A stretch of 64,000 nucleotides of DNA from Candidatus Hadarchaeales archaeon (GCA_038851075.1 JAWCLG010000001.1:46206-110205), one strand, 5' to 3'. Positions 54,042-62,804 are shown, counted from the first letter of the stretch. Notes: generated by a model not told the origin, from the letters alone. Translations and numbers: made by a program.

Positions 54042-54797
54042 CTATTTTTTCTTTGTTCGCCGCCTGTTTCTGCTTACCGCTGCAGTCTTGGCGGCCTTTC
54101 TCATCTTGTAAGCCATGACTGCCGTGAGACAGACAAAGGCCCCCACCGCAACAATTGCAACCCATATCGGAGGTGGTAGAGTAACAGTGGGAACAGGAGG
54201 ACCGATAACATAGAACCGTGGCTTTGCTTCGTACGCTATTGCGACCTCGAGTCCGGTGCCTATCACCTGGGAGTTCTCCCTGCCCGTAAACGGAACATGA
54301 AGCTGATATTCACCTCTGGGCACATTTTCGGAAGCGGTCAGGATGAGCGTCACCATTATGGCCAGGGCATACCTGTTATCTCCCAATTTGAGGTAGATAT
54401 CAAAACCCTCTGGAAGCTCCTGAGATGAGTAAGTGAAGTAATCCGTGTCGGGGATGTAAAAGTTGGCACTGACGTTTTCCGTCTTCCATCCAAAATCCAC
54501 CTCAAAAATCTGCGGCTCCGGACGAACTTCCACATTCCACCACTCCGACGGCGTTGGCTCCCCATCGGGGGTTGTTATCGTGATATCATTTTCATCTATG
54601 CTCACAAAGAAACCCTTATCTTTACCAACGTTGAAGACATACATCACTATGTTCTCCGAGCCACCTTGGGGGACTCTGGGATTCTGCGATGCCTCCCCGT
54701 TGTAAGATATTCCGTAGCCGGAGACGAGGGGGACCGGAAAAACCAGCTGTAAACACAGACTCAACAAAACAAGAAATTGGAAGTAAGGTCTCCTCAT
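54042..54797 (-). CDS. Secreted, C-terminally anchored hypothetical surface protein
   Basis: 251 aa. The signal peptide is MRRPYFQFLVLLSLCLQLVFPVPLVSG, followed by a beta-rich body and a C-terminal TM helix with a basic tail (WVAIVAVGAFVCLTAVMAYKMRKAAK...RRRTKKK). Confidence 0.55.
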   Translation of the reverse strand: MRRPYFQFLVLLSLCLQLVFPVPLVSGYGISYNGEASQNPRVPQGGSENIVMYVFNVGKDKGFFVSIDENDITITTPDGEPTPSEWWNVEVRPEPQIFEVDFGWKTENVSANFYIPDTDYFTYSSQELPEGFDIYLKLGDNRYALAIMVTLILTASENVPRGEYQLHVPFTGRENSQVIGTGLEVAIAYEAKPRFYVIGPPVPTVTLPPPIWVAIVAVGAFVCLTAVMAYKMRKAAKTAAVSRNRRRTKKK

Positions 54798-54900
54798 TGC
54801 AACACTCCCATCTGTGCAAATTTTCGGGTTATTTGTATATAGTTTTTGCTTACGGATTACGGGGCATCAAAGTCTGGAGACTGATCCAACCAGCTTTTTA

Positions 54901-57900
54901 TCACTCTGTTGAGACGAGTTTCACCCATATTGTGCCGTTGTAGGTGCCTCCCATCTGGTCCTCCCTCGTTCTGATGAACAGATACACGTTCTGGGTGTTA
55001 TCGTCTCCGGATGGGACCGCTATGCTGGTCAGCCAGGGGATGTCCTGGTACGAGGTGGAGAGCCTGAGGATGGGTCCGCCGTCGTAGCACGTTGAACCGG
55101 TTCCCTCGTCGAAGTGCCACACCGCCAGCGTGTTGTCGTCCACCCAGAGCCTCCTCCCGGAGCCTGAGTTGTAGTGATCGGCAACTTCAGATGCGGTGAG
55201 GACGCGGTTCTCCAGCCTCACCTCGTCTATCTTTCCCCTGAAATATCGAGTGGAAACATCTGTGGTGTAACGCCCTATGTAGAGGCTGTTCTCGGTATCG
55301 CTCACTATGTTCCCTGAGCCACCGGAGGCCCATGTATCGTATGTCACCTCAGACCCGTTTATGTAGATGATGATCTGCCCGTTGCTTCCGTTGTAGGTGA
55401 CGACGATGTGGTTCCATGCGTTTGCAGTTATGTTGTCCTTGGCGGAGACTCCCCAGTAGTTGCCGGTTGGCTTTATGACGACCACGAGGTCCAGTTTCTC
55501 GAGTTCCTCGCCGGCACCACCGTTCTCCAGATAGATGTCCCAGCCGTTGGTCGGAGGCCAGGTGTCACCGCGCTTTATGAGAAGCCTGGGCTGACCGGAG
55601 GAGAAGTTCTCCGGATATATCCACATCTCGACGCTCAGGTTTGGCAGCCCGCCCGCCGGGGCAAGTTCGTCCGAATGGGGGATTGCGACATAGTCGCCGC
55701 TGCCGTCAAACACGAGCGCGTTGTCAAGCTTCCCGCTGGTCCACGCCGCGTCCCCGTAGAGCGTCCCGTTGTCCCGGTATGATGTCGTGCCGTTACTCAT
55801 GCCAACGTTGTCGATGCCTATGTAGTCTGGATACGTTCCGGTCTTCTGGAGGTTGTCACTTCCTTTAACCTGGGCTTTTGTGGGTGTTGACGTGGTGGAC
55901 TTTATTATGATCTCCATCGGATTGCCGTTGTCCGGGTCGGCTATCCGATCCACGGCACTCTTTGGCAGGTCTGACCACTTCGGCAGCTTATTTATCTCCA
56001 CGTCGATGACAACGGGGGGCGAGCTGTAGCTTATCCTCACCTCTGAAATCACCGGAGTCTGGACTCCTCCCGTGAACTCAATTATGTACTGCAGATAGCG
56101 GTTTTCCCACGGCAGATCGCTCCCGTTCTCGGCCTCCACCCAGTCCGACCAATCAGAATTATCGCTGGAACTCCTTGTCCTCACAACCACGGATGTGTCT
56201 GGAGGAGTTGTGTTGTCGAACTCAATGATATCCCACATAACGATTTCTTCGGCGTCTTTAACAGCAGATGTGTAAACTCCGGATGGTTTGTAATTTTTCG
56301 CGTGCTGAGCTATCTCGGTCGGACTTAGGGCCCTATTCTCTATGCGAATCTCGTCAATCATTCCCTTAAAAAAATTTTGAAGATTAAAGGCCTCGCAACC
56401 AACTGTGAGGTCATTATCACACCAGTTAAGATTCCCGGAATACCCTCCCTGATTCACATTTGTCCCATCAACGTACAGAATTGCGTTGGAACCATCAGCG
56501 ACTCCAACAATGTGATACCATCCCTGCTCGAACGTCGTCTGATAACTCACCCACGTTCCCCATTCGCTTCCTGTGCTCCCAACCCCCCACGTTATCTTGA
56601 AGTTGTTGGAGCTATCCGTTTCTATTTTTAATATGTAACCCTTTACATTCCACGAGCCACCCCAGAAATTCTTTGAAACTATCGTCTGAGCTGAGTTCAA
56701 CGCGGGTTGTTCATAAAAATAGGCCCAGCATTCGACCGTGATCTCCTGTGTTGGATTCAAACTCGCATCATTTTCCACTCTCACGTATTCGCTCCCGTTG
56801 AACCACAGGGCACTGCCAAACTTTCCGCCCTTCCAGATGGGGCACTCTGTGGAAGACCCGTCATTACCGCAGGCGGAAGAATCCCCGACGCAATTGTCGG
56901 CGCCCTCGTTCATGTGCCAGAGACCGACGGTGCTCTCATCTGAATCGAGTTCCTGATCGTTCTCATAATTACCTGCGATCTCGTTGGAGGATGCATTGTC
57001 GGAGGGTGTCCATTTCAAATGATCCAAATAAAATAGCCTGTAGGTGCCCCCTTCCACGGTGATTTTGAAGAGATACTTAACATGACCGAGGTCAAATCCG
57101 CTGAAGTCATCAAGAGGGATTGATATGGGCTGCCAGGTGTTTTCACCGTTCCACCCATAGTCGCCTATGTAAAGCGGGCCTCGGTTGCCTCCCGTGTCTT
57201 CCACTTCGACCTTGAGATTATACGCGGTCTTGACCCAGAACTTCAGATGCCCCCCGGAGTAAGACGATAGATCTTTGTCACCAACATGTGCCCCCCAGCC
57301 AGCCCAGCTGCCGGAATTTGTTTTCGTCTCAAATGACTTGGTTCCCTCCGGAGGAGTCTCAGCGGTTGAACTCGCATCAAAGCTCCCGGCATCCCCATCC
57401 GACCATGTATACCAGTTTACGCCGGAGACAAAACCAGCATCATTGTATATTGGATAGTTCTCTGTTCCGGTCGGGGAGCGGTTCTCAATACGCACCTCAT
57501 CTATGGTGCCGTTGAATGCCTCCATAGCTCCAGCCGACACCTCCTTCCAACCACCAATGTAGATGGCTTCGGGCGCAGGATAATCACCTGAAAGCGCTGC
57601 TGTGTTCCTCAACTCCCCATTTATGTACAACTTCAGGTCGGTTCCTTCCTTTACCCCGGCTATGTGATACCACGTATCCGCGTTGAGAGACATTGGATAC
57701 TGTGCCTTATATGTACTTCCAGCGCTGTTCTTGAACTCAAACGCAACCAGATCGTTCCACTCCTCATAACCAAGAACCCAGGAGTAGTCCCATATGTCAC
57801 CTGATGTGTTGTCCTGACGCACGAATACTCTCCACCCGTCCTCAGCAGTTGGGTAACTCGCGGCGGGCTTCACCCAGCACTCCACGGTAAAGTCCCCGGA

Positions 57901-58431
57901 AATGAAATTCAGGCTGGAGCTGTAAGGTATCTTCACGTACTCGGGTGTTCCAGTGTTCTCGAATCTGAGTCCGTTTTCGAACTTGCCGGAGGTCCACCTA
58001 GGGCCGCTCCCAACAAGCGTCCCGGTGTTGTTTTTTGACGAGTTATCATATGCCACCGCTCCGCCGTATTCGTTGAAGTGCCAGAGCGCCACAGTGTTAT
58101 CGTCCACCTCAAGCTCGTTGTTGTCCAGTTGCAGGTCACCATCTCCCGTAACCACAACGTTTTCAAGCGTGCCCTGGATAAAGTCCTCCCAGGTCGTCTG
58201 AGTCCAAGTTGGGTCCGATGAATCCGGAAAACACGGTATGGTGGAAACCCGCGTAATCTTTGAACTCTGTGGGCGATATAAAAGAGTCCACATTGATCCA
58301 AACGCAAAAAACAGCAAAAACGTGTATGTGAAAAACTGGTCCCCTCTACGTGATGCTCCCGTGAAACTCAACTGGCATCGCCCCCTGAAATCAAATAATT
58401 TTAGGTTTCCTCCAACTTTAAGCTTAAACAT
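54901..58431 (-). CDS. Giant surface protein with three full LamG (Laminin_G_3 / concanavalin-like) modules, a fourth N-terminal fragment and a CBM-like domain
   Basis: 1176 aa. Module starts repeat: DDNTVALWHFNEYGG, DESTVGLWHMNEGAD, and ...NGTLYGDAAWTSGKLDNALVFDGSGDYVAIP. Module ends also repeat: FNGTIDEVRIENRS, FKGMIDEIRIENRALSPTEI and FRGKIDEVRLENRVLTASEV. A final DDNTLAVWHFDEGTG is not followed by a full module. The N-terminal hydrophobic segment is FFTYTFLLFFAFGSMWTLLY. An alternative TTG start at 58371 is preceded by a TATA-like box. Confidence 0.75.
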   Translation of the reverse strand: MFKLKVGGNLKLFDFRGRCQLSFTGASRRGDQFFTYTFLLFFAFGSMWTLLYRPQSSKITRVSTIPCFPDSSDPTWTQTTWEDFIQGTLENVVVTGDGDLQLDNNELEVDDNTVALWHFNEYGGAVAYDNSSKNNTGTLVGSGPRWTSGKFENGLRFENTGTPEYVKIPYSSSLNFISGDFTVECWVKPAASYPTAEDGWRVFVRQDNTSGDIWDYSWVLGYEEWNDLVAFEFKNSAGSTYKAQYPMSLNADTWYHIAGVKEGTDLKLYINGELRNTAALSGDYPAPEAIYIGGWKEVSAGAMEAFNGTIDEVRIENRSPTGTENYPIYNDAGFVSGVNWYTWSDGDAGSFDASSTAETPPEGTKSFETKTNSGSWAGWGAHVGDKDLSSYSGGHLKFWVKTAYNLKVEVEDTGGNRGPLYIGDYGWNGENTWQPISIPLDDFSGFDLGHVKYLFKITVEGGTYRLFYLDHLKWTPSDNASSNEIAGNYENDQELDSDESTVGLWHMNEGADNCVGDSSACGNDGSSTECPIWKGGKFGSALWFNGSEYVRVENDASLNPTQEITVECWAYFYEQPALNSAQTIVSKNFWGGSWNVKGYILKIETDSSNNFKITWGVGSTGSEWGTWVSYQTTFEQGWYHIVGVADGSNAILYVDGTNVNQGGYSGNLNWCDNDLTVGCEAFNLQNFFKGMIDEIRIENRALSPTEIAQHAKNYKPSGVYTSAVKDAEEIVMWDIIEFDNTTPPDTSVVVRTRSSSDNSDWSDWVEAENGSDLPWENRYLQYIIEFTGGVQTPVISEVRISYSSPPVVIDVEINKLPKWSDLPKSAVDRIADPDNGNPMEIIIKSTTSTPTKAQVKGSDNLQKTGTYPDYIGIDNVGMSNGTTSYRDNGTLYGDAAWTSGKLDNALVFDGSGDYVAIPHSDELAPAGGLPNLSVEMWIYPENFSSGQPRLLIKRGDTWPPTNGWDIYLENGGAGEELEKLDLVVVIKPTGNYWGVSAKDNITANAWNHIVVTYNGSNGQIIIYINGSEVTYDTWASGGSGNIVSDTENSLYIGRYTTDVSTRYFRGKIDEVRLENRVLTASEVADHYNSGSGRRLWVDDNTLAVWHFDEGTGSTCYDGGPILRLSTSYQDIPWLTSIAVPSGDDNTQNVYLFIRTREDQMGGTYNGTIWVKLVSTE
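58393..58402 (-). promoter_or_regulatory. TATA-like box inside the annotated 5' end of the LamG ORF, which supports the TTG start at 58371
   Basis: The minus strand reads AAAATTATTT, 21 nt upstream of TTG 58371. No comparable A/T box lies upstream of the ATG at 58431. Confidence 0.3.
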
Positions 58432-58581
58432 CTGCGAGTCATATCGAAGCCCATCCTGAAGAGCTCTGCTGCGAGTGCTGCATCACCTTTTGACCAACTC
58501 CCTGCTGGATACCACATGGTTGGACGGCCCGATTTCATCTGTCTGATTACGACCACGGGATTTGGTTGATGGAAAGGAAGC

Positions 58582-58590
58582 GATTATAAA
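58582..58590 (+). promoter_or_regulatory. TATA-like box upstream of the DUF998 gene
   Basis: GATTATAAA ends 30 nt before the ATG at 58621. Confidence 0.3.
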
Positions 58591-58620
58591 CGTGAAATAT
58601 TATCCAATAGTGGCGACAAC

Positions 58621-59204
58621 ATGAAATTGCTCAGAATTTCTGGGATATTTGGTCTTACCGCGCCGGCGGTGCTGTTGCTATCAGTACTTGCGGCTGTTTC
58701 GACTTCGACCACCTTCAGCTGGTCCGGAAACGCTCTCAGTGATCTGGGAACTCAAGCTGGTTCGGACACCCTATTCAACACCGGACTGACAGTCGCTGGG
58801 GCACTGGTTGCCGTTTTTTCTGTTGGTATGATAGCAACGCTTAGGAAAAGCAAAACCGGCATTCTTGCGTCATTATTTCTTTTGCTGGAAGCCATCGCTT
58901 TGGCCGGGATAGGGATTTTCACGGAAAATACAATGGAGCTGCACATAACATTCGCCGTCGCGTTTTTTGCTTTAACAGCCGTTACGAGGATCTTGTTCGC
59001 GATTTACTTTTTCAATGGCAATCTAAGGTTTGGGGTGCGCTGTCGGTAATTGTCTTGATTTTGGCGTTTTTGCCATGGATATCTGTTTCAAGCCTGACGG
59101 AGGGGATTGCGATTCCGGAATTTGTCTCTGTTTTATTCTCATATGCGTGGCTGATCGCGATAAGCGTGAGGCTGTTAATCGGAAAATTTGAAACTTCAGT
59201 GTGA
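58621..59204 (+). pseudogene. DUF998 family membrane protein gene interrupted by a frameshift near 59029-59035
   Basis: Frame 1 (58621-59049) gives 142 aa that end ...FFNGNLRFGVRCR*. The +2 frame continues from 59028 as VWGALSVIVLILAFLPWISVSSLTEGIAIPEFVSVLFSYAWLIAISVRLLIGKFETSV* (stop at 59202-59204). These are two more TM helices, as expected for a DUF998 protein of about 190 aa. The switch point is a TTTGGGG run. Confidence 0.5.
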
Positions 59205-59217
59205 CGAGAACTTTTTG

Positions 59218-60450
59218 CTACGTGGTATAACGGGAGTTTATCCTGACATAATCGTATGTGAGATCGCACCCCCACGCGGTGGCGCACGATTTTCCGGCCG
59301 CGAGGTCAACTTGGATCTCTATCTCCCTGCTTCTCATAATATCTCTGGCTCTCTCCAGCGCTCTCCTGCTAGCAGGCTTTCCCCTTCTGACAAGGTCGAC
59401 CCTTCCTCTCTCGCTCACAAGCTCAAGGCTGACCTTATCTGGGTCAAATGACGCACCTGAGCTGCCGAGAGCTGCAACCACCCTGCCCCAGTTCGGATCC
59501 CTGCCAAAAACCGCTGCCTTTACGAGGTTGGATCCCACAACCGCCCTCGCCGCCTTTCTGGCATCCAGGATATTTCTTGCACCCCTCACGCTGACCTCAA
59601 CAAGATGTGTTGCACCCTCGCCGTCCTTCGCTATCATCCACGCGAGTTCCTCGAGCACGTAGTTAAGTCCGGCCTGAAACTGGCTGTCTGCTCGTTCGGG
59701 CGTGATCTTCCTGTTTCCCGCCCTACCGTTTGCCATTACCAGAACCATGTCACTGGTGCTCATGTCGTTGTCTATGTTCAGCATGTTGAAGCTCTTATCA
59801 ACACCTTCGCGCAGTGCTGCCCTGAGCGCCTCGGAGGATATGCTGGCATCCGTTGTTATGAATGAAAGCATGGTTGCAGTTTTGATCTCGGGTCTGATCA
59901 TTCCTGCGCCCTTAGCTATCCCCGCTATCGTTATCGGTGTTCCGTCGCTGAGCTCAACCCTCACCGCAACCTCCTTCGGGAAAGTGTCAGTCGTCATTAT
60001 GGCCTTCACCGCATTCAGGGCTGCCTCTCTGGAGTCCGAAAGCTCCTTTGCGGCTGCCCTTATTCCCGCTTCAACCTTTCTCATCGGAAGATAAACTCCG
60101 ATTATTCCGGTCGATGCAACACCAACCTGGTGCTCCTTTAGTCCAAGGAGCTCAGCGGTGAGTGCACACATCCTTCTTGCATCTGCAAGCCCTCTCTTTC
60201 CCGTGTATGCGTTGGAAATGCCTGAATTTGCCACAACCGCACCAAGAAAGCCATTCTTCACGTGCTTTTTTGTTAGGATCACCGGCGCCCCCTTCACGAG
60301 ATTGCTTGTGAAGGCACCTGCGGCGGGGACTGGCCCATCCTGTGAGTACAGAAGCATCAGGTCGAGTCCTCTTCTCTTTATTCCCGCTCTCACACCTGCA
60401 GCCAGAAACCCCTGAACCCTTGTTATTCCGCCCTCAAGGACAGTTATCAT
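59218..60450 (-). CDS. argJ: Bifunctional glutamate N-acetyltransferase / amino-acid acetyltransferase ArgJ
   Basis: 410 aa. The autoproteolytic site context is KGAGMIRPEIKTATMLSFITTDA, and the C-terminus ends ...DYVRINSRYTT. Confidence 0.9.
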   Translation of the reverse strand: MITVLEGGITRVQGFLAAGVRAGIKRRGLDLMLLYSQDGPVPAAGAFTSNLVKGAPVILTKKHVKNGFLGAVVANSGISNAYTGKRGLADARRMCALTAELLGLKEHQVGVASTGIIGVYLPMRKVEAGIRAAAKELSDSREAALNAVKAIMTTDTFPKEVAVRVELSDGTPITIAGIAKGAGMIRPEIKTATMLSFITTDASISSEALRAALREGVDKSFNMLNIDNDMSTSDMVLVMANGRAGNRKITPERADSQFQAGLNYVLEELAWMIAKDGEGATHLVEVSVRGARNILDARKAARAVVGSNLVKAAVFGRDPNWGRVVAALGSSGASFDPDKVSLELVSERGRVDLVRRGKPASRRALERARDIMRSREIEIQVDLAAGKSCATAWGCDLTYDYVRINSRYTT

Positions 60451-60481
60451 GCGAACATCTCCTCAGTGCTCTCACCCGGGA

Positions 60482-61504
60482 TCAGGGACGCAGCGGGGCA
60501 AACCTCAATCCCTCGGTCTCATCAACACCGAACATTATGTTCATGTTCTGCACAGCCTGTCCAGATGCCCCCTTCACCAGATTATCTATCGCAGCAACGA
60601 TAACAGCCCTGCCCTCTCCATCGACTTCAAGCCCAATATCACAGTAGTTCGATCCGTAAACATAGTTTGTCTCAGGCAGAGAATCGAGCACTCGCACGAA
60701 TGGCTCCCCGCTGTAAAATTTTCTGTACGTCTCAATGAGATCATCCTTGGACATGTCCTTTTTCAAAAACACGTGGGCCGTTGACAGTATACCCCGCACA
60801 ATCGGGACCAGGTGCGGAGCAAAGCCGACCCTCACCGACCTGCCCGCAAGACGTGAAAGCTCCTGATCTATCTCAGGCGCGTGCCTGTGGCTGAGTACAG
60901 AATACGCACGAACGTTGGCGCCTATAGTCGGGTGATGAGTTGCCTCGGACGGCGTCGCCCCTGCTCCGGATGTCCCTGTCTTAGCATCGATCGAAATGTG
61001 GTCCAGATCCAAAAGAGCCTTTTTAACCAGCGGAGCCAGCGAGAGGACAGCCGCGGTTGGAAAACACCCCGGATTAGCCACTAGGTTGGCTTTTTTTATT
61101 TTTGTTCTGTGCAGCTCCGGCAGACCATAAACTCCCTTAACATCCGGACTTTCATGCTTCACGTACATTTTTTCATAGACCCTCACGTCCTCGAATCTAT
61201 AATCGGCGCTAAGATCAACAACCCTCACCCCCGCATCAAGAAGGCGCGGCACGAATGTCATCGGTACCTTGTGGGGAACAGCGGTGAAAACAAGATCGGA
61301 GTTCTTCGAAATTCGGTCGTAGTCCACCTCCCTTATCACCATGTCTACAATGCCTCTGAGGCCCGGATGGACATCGCTGACCCTTTTTCCAGCGTTCTTC
61401 AGCGCATAAGCATCGACGATTTTAACCACTCTGTGCTGAGAGAGCAATCTGAAGAGCTCGGCTGCTGTGTAACCTGAGGCCCCCACAACAGAAACCCTGA
61501 TCAA
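60482..61504 (-). CDS. argC: N-acetyl-gamma-glutamyl-phosphate reductase
   Basis: It has VSVVGASGYTAAEL and the catalytic Cys block ANPGCFPTAAVLSL. It overlaps the upstream argG(2) by 4 nt. Confidence 0.9.
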   Translation of the reverse strand: MIRVSVVGASGYTAAELFRLLSQHRVVKIVDAYALKNAGKRVSDVHPGLRGIVDMVIREVDYDRISKNSDLVFTAVPHKVPMTFVPRLLDAGVRVVDLSADYRFEDVRVYEKMYVKHESPDVKGVYGLPELHRTKIKKANLVANPGCFPTAAVLSLAPLVKKALLDLDHISIDAKTGTSGAGATPSEATHHPTIGANVRAYSVLSHRHAPEIDQELSRLAGRSVRVGFAPHLVPIVRGILSTAHVFLKKDMSKDDLIETYRKFYSGEPFVRVLDSLPETNYVYGSNYCDIGLEVDGEGRAVIVAAIDNLVKGASGQAVQNMNIMFGVDETEGLRFAPLRP

Positions 61505-62676
61505 CCTGCAGACCTCCTTGCGATCTTTCCCTGAAGGCCATGTATCCTCAGAATTGCCGCCGCATCTCTCTGATCAAAATCCTCGCTCTCAAATGAAACC
61601 ATCTTCTTGTCATAGATGGAGTTAGGAGACTTACGCGCGATTACCCTGGAATGTCCCCTGCACATCTCAACCATCACGTCACCCTTCACCCTCCTCTGGG
61701 TCAAAGCTATGAAGGCATCCAGATCATCCTTCAGTGGATGAAGCCAGAGCCCGCTGTAAACTAGGTCGGCCCACTCTCGATCAACGATCTGTTTGAACCT
61801 GATTTCATCCTTGGTCAGGACAAGCTCCTCCAGCGCTCTGTGTGCCTGTAGAAGAACGGTGGCAGCGGGCGCCTCGTAGTTCTCTCTTGCCTTCATTCCA
61901 AGTATTCTGTCCTCAATCAGCTCTATCCTTCCAACCCCGTGCTCACCAGCCAGCTTGTTGAGGGCCGACACAAGCGAAACTCCATCTCTCTTTTTTCCGT
62001 CTATTGCGACCGGTACTCCTCTATCAAATGTTATCCTGACCCTCCTGCCGCCTGCCGGTGCTTTCTCCGGAGAACGCGTCCATCTGTAGATCTCCTCGGA
62101 GGGCGGCCTTGACGGATCCTCAAGCTCGGCCCCCTCAATCGATCTGCCCCATAGATTCTCATCTATGCTGAACTTCGTCTCCGTGTCTAGCAATATGCGT
62201 TTCTCCTTTGCATAGTTTCTCTCCCAATTCCTGTCCAGGTTGAGTTCACGTATTGGAGCGATAATTCTCATCTCAGGCGCAAGAAATCTCACCATTGTAT
62301 CGAACCTGAACTGATCGTTTCCCTTTCCAGTGCACCCGTGTGCCACCGCATCGGCATTTTCCTTTCTCGCCACCTCCACCAGCTTTTCCGCAATAGGATA
62401 TCTTGCAAGAGCGGTGGACAGAGGGTATCCCTCATATGAGCCGTTGGCCATTATGCTGGGGAAAATGTATCTCTCCACGAAGTCCTTTTTGGCATCGACC
62501 TGCACGTGCTTTAAAACTCCCATGCGCCTGGCCTTCTCCGCGGATTTTAGAATATTCTCCCTGGGCTGACCGACATCGACTGTGAGCGTTATCACATCGG
62601 CCCCGTATTTTTCCTGCAGCAGCTTTATGGCCACGAGCGTATCCAGACCGCCGCTGAAGGAGAGCACGACCTTCAA
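61501..62676 (-). CDS. argG: Argininosuccinate synthase, copy 2 (the more canonical paralogue)
   Basis: It has KVVLSFSGGLDTL, HGCTGKGNDQFRF, FSIDENLWGRSIEG and VGRIELIEDRILGMKARENYEAPAA. The likely start is TTG 62676 (M-KVVLSFSGG), preceded by a TATA-like box. The track ORF to 62784 would leave only 20 nt to the divergent gene. Confidence 0.8.
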   Translation of the reverse strand: MKVVLSFSGGLDTLVAIKLLQEKYGADVITLTVDVGQPRENILKSAEKARRMGVLKHVQVDAKKDFVERYIFPSIMANGSYEGYPLSTALARYPIAEKLVEVARKENADAVAHGCTGKGNDQFRFDTMVRFLAPEMRIIAPIRELNLDRNWERNYAKEKRILLDTETKFSIDENLWGRSIEGAELEDPSRPPSEEIYRWTRSPEKAPAGGRRVRITFDRGVPVAIDGKKRDGVSLVSALNKLAGEHGVGRIELIEDRILGMKARENYEAPAATVLLQAHRALEELVLTKDEIRFKQIVDREWADLVYSGLWLHPLKDDLDAFIALTQRRVKGDVMVEMCRGHSRVIARKSPNSIYDKKMVSFESEDFDQRDAAAILRIHGLQGKIARRSAG

Positions 62677-62703
62677 GTACCCACCATTTCGCCATCGCGT
62701 TCG

Positions 62704-62714
62704 TATTAAATAAA
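62704..62714 (-). promoter_or_regulatory. TATA-like box upstream of argG(2)-argC-argJ
   Basis: The minus strand reads TTTATTTAATA, 27 nt upstream of TTG 62676. It lies in an AT-rich stretch that the track translates as the argG N-terminus. Confidence 0.35.
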
Positions 62715-62804
62715 TGTGAGCACATCCCAAAACTTTTTTTAAAGCATCATGCATTGAATATAGATGCGTGATACACATGAACACGGGACAGAGATAGTGA
62801 TGAA

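Noticed and set aside
58432-58620. The 190-nt intergenic region upstream of the LamG gene as a C/D-box sRNA or other ncRNA
   Set aside because: Only imperfect box-like strings are present (TGATGG and CTGA), and they are in the wrong order and spacing. I found no terminal stem and no convincing structure. The region is more simply two divergent promoter regions.
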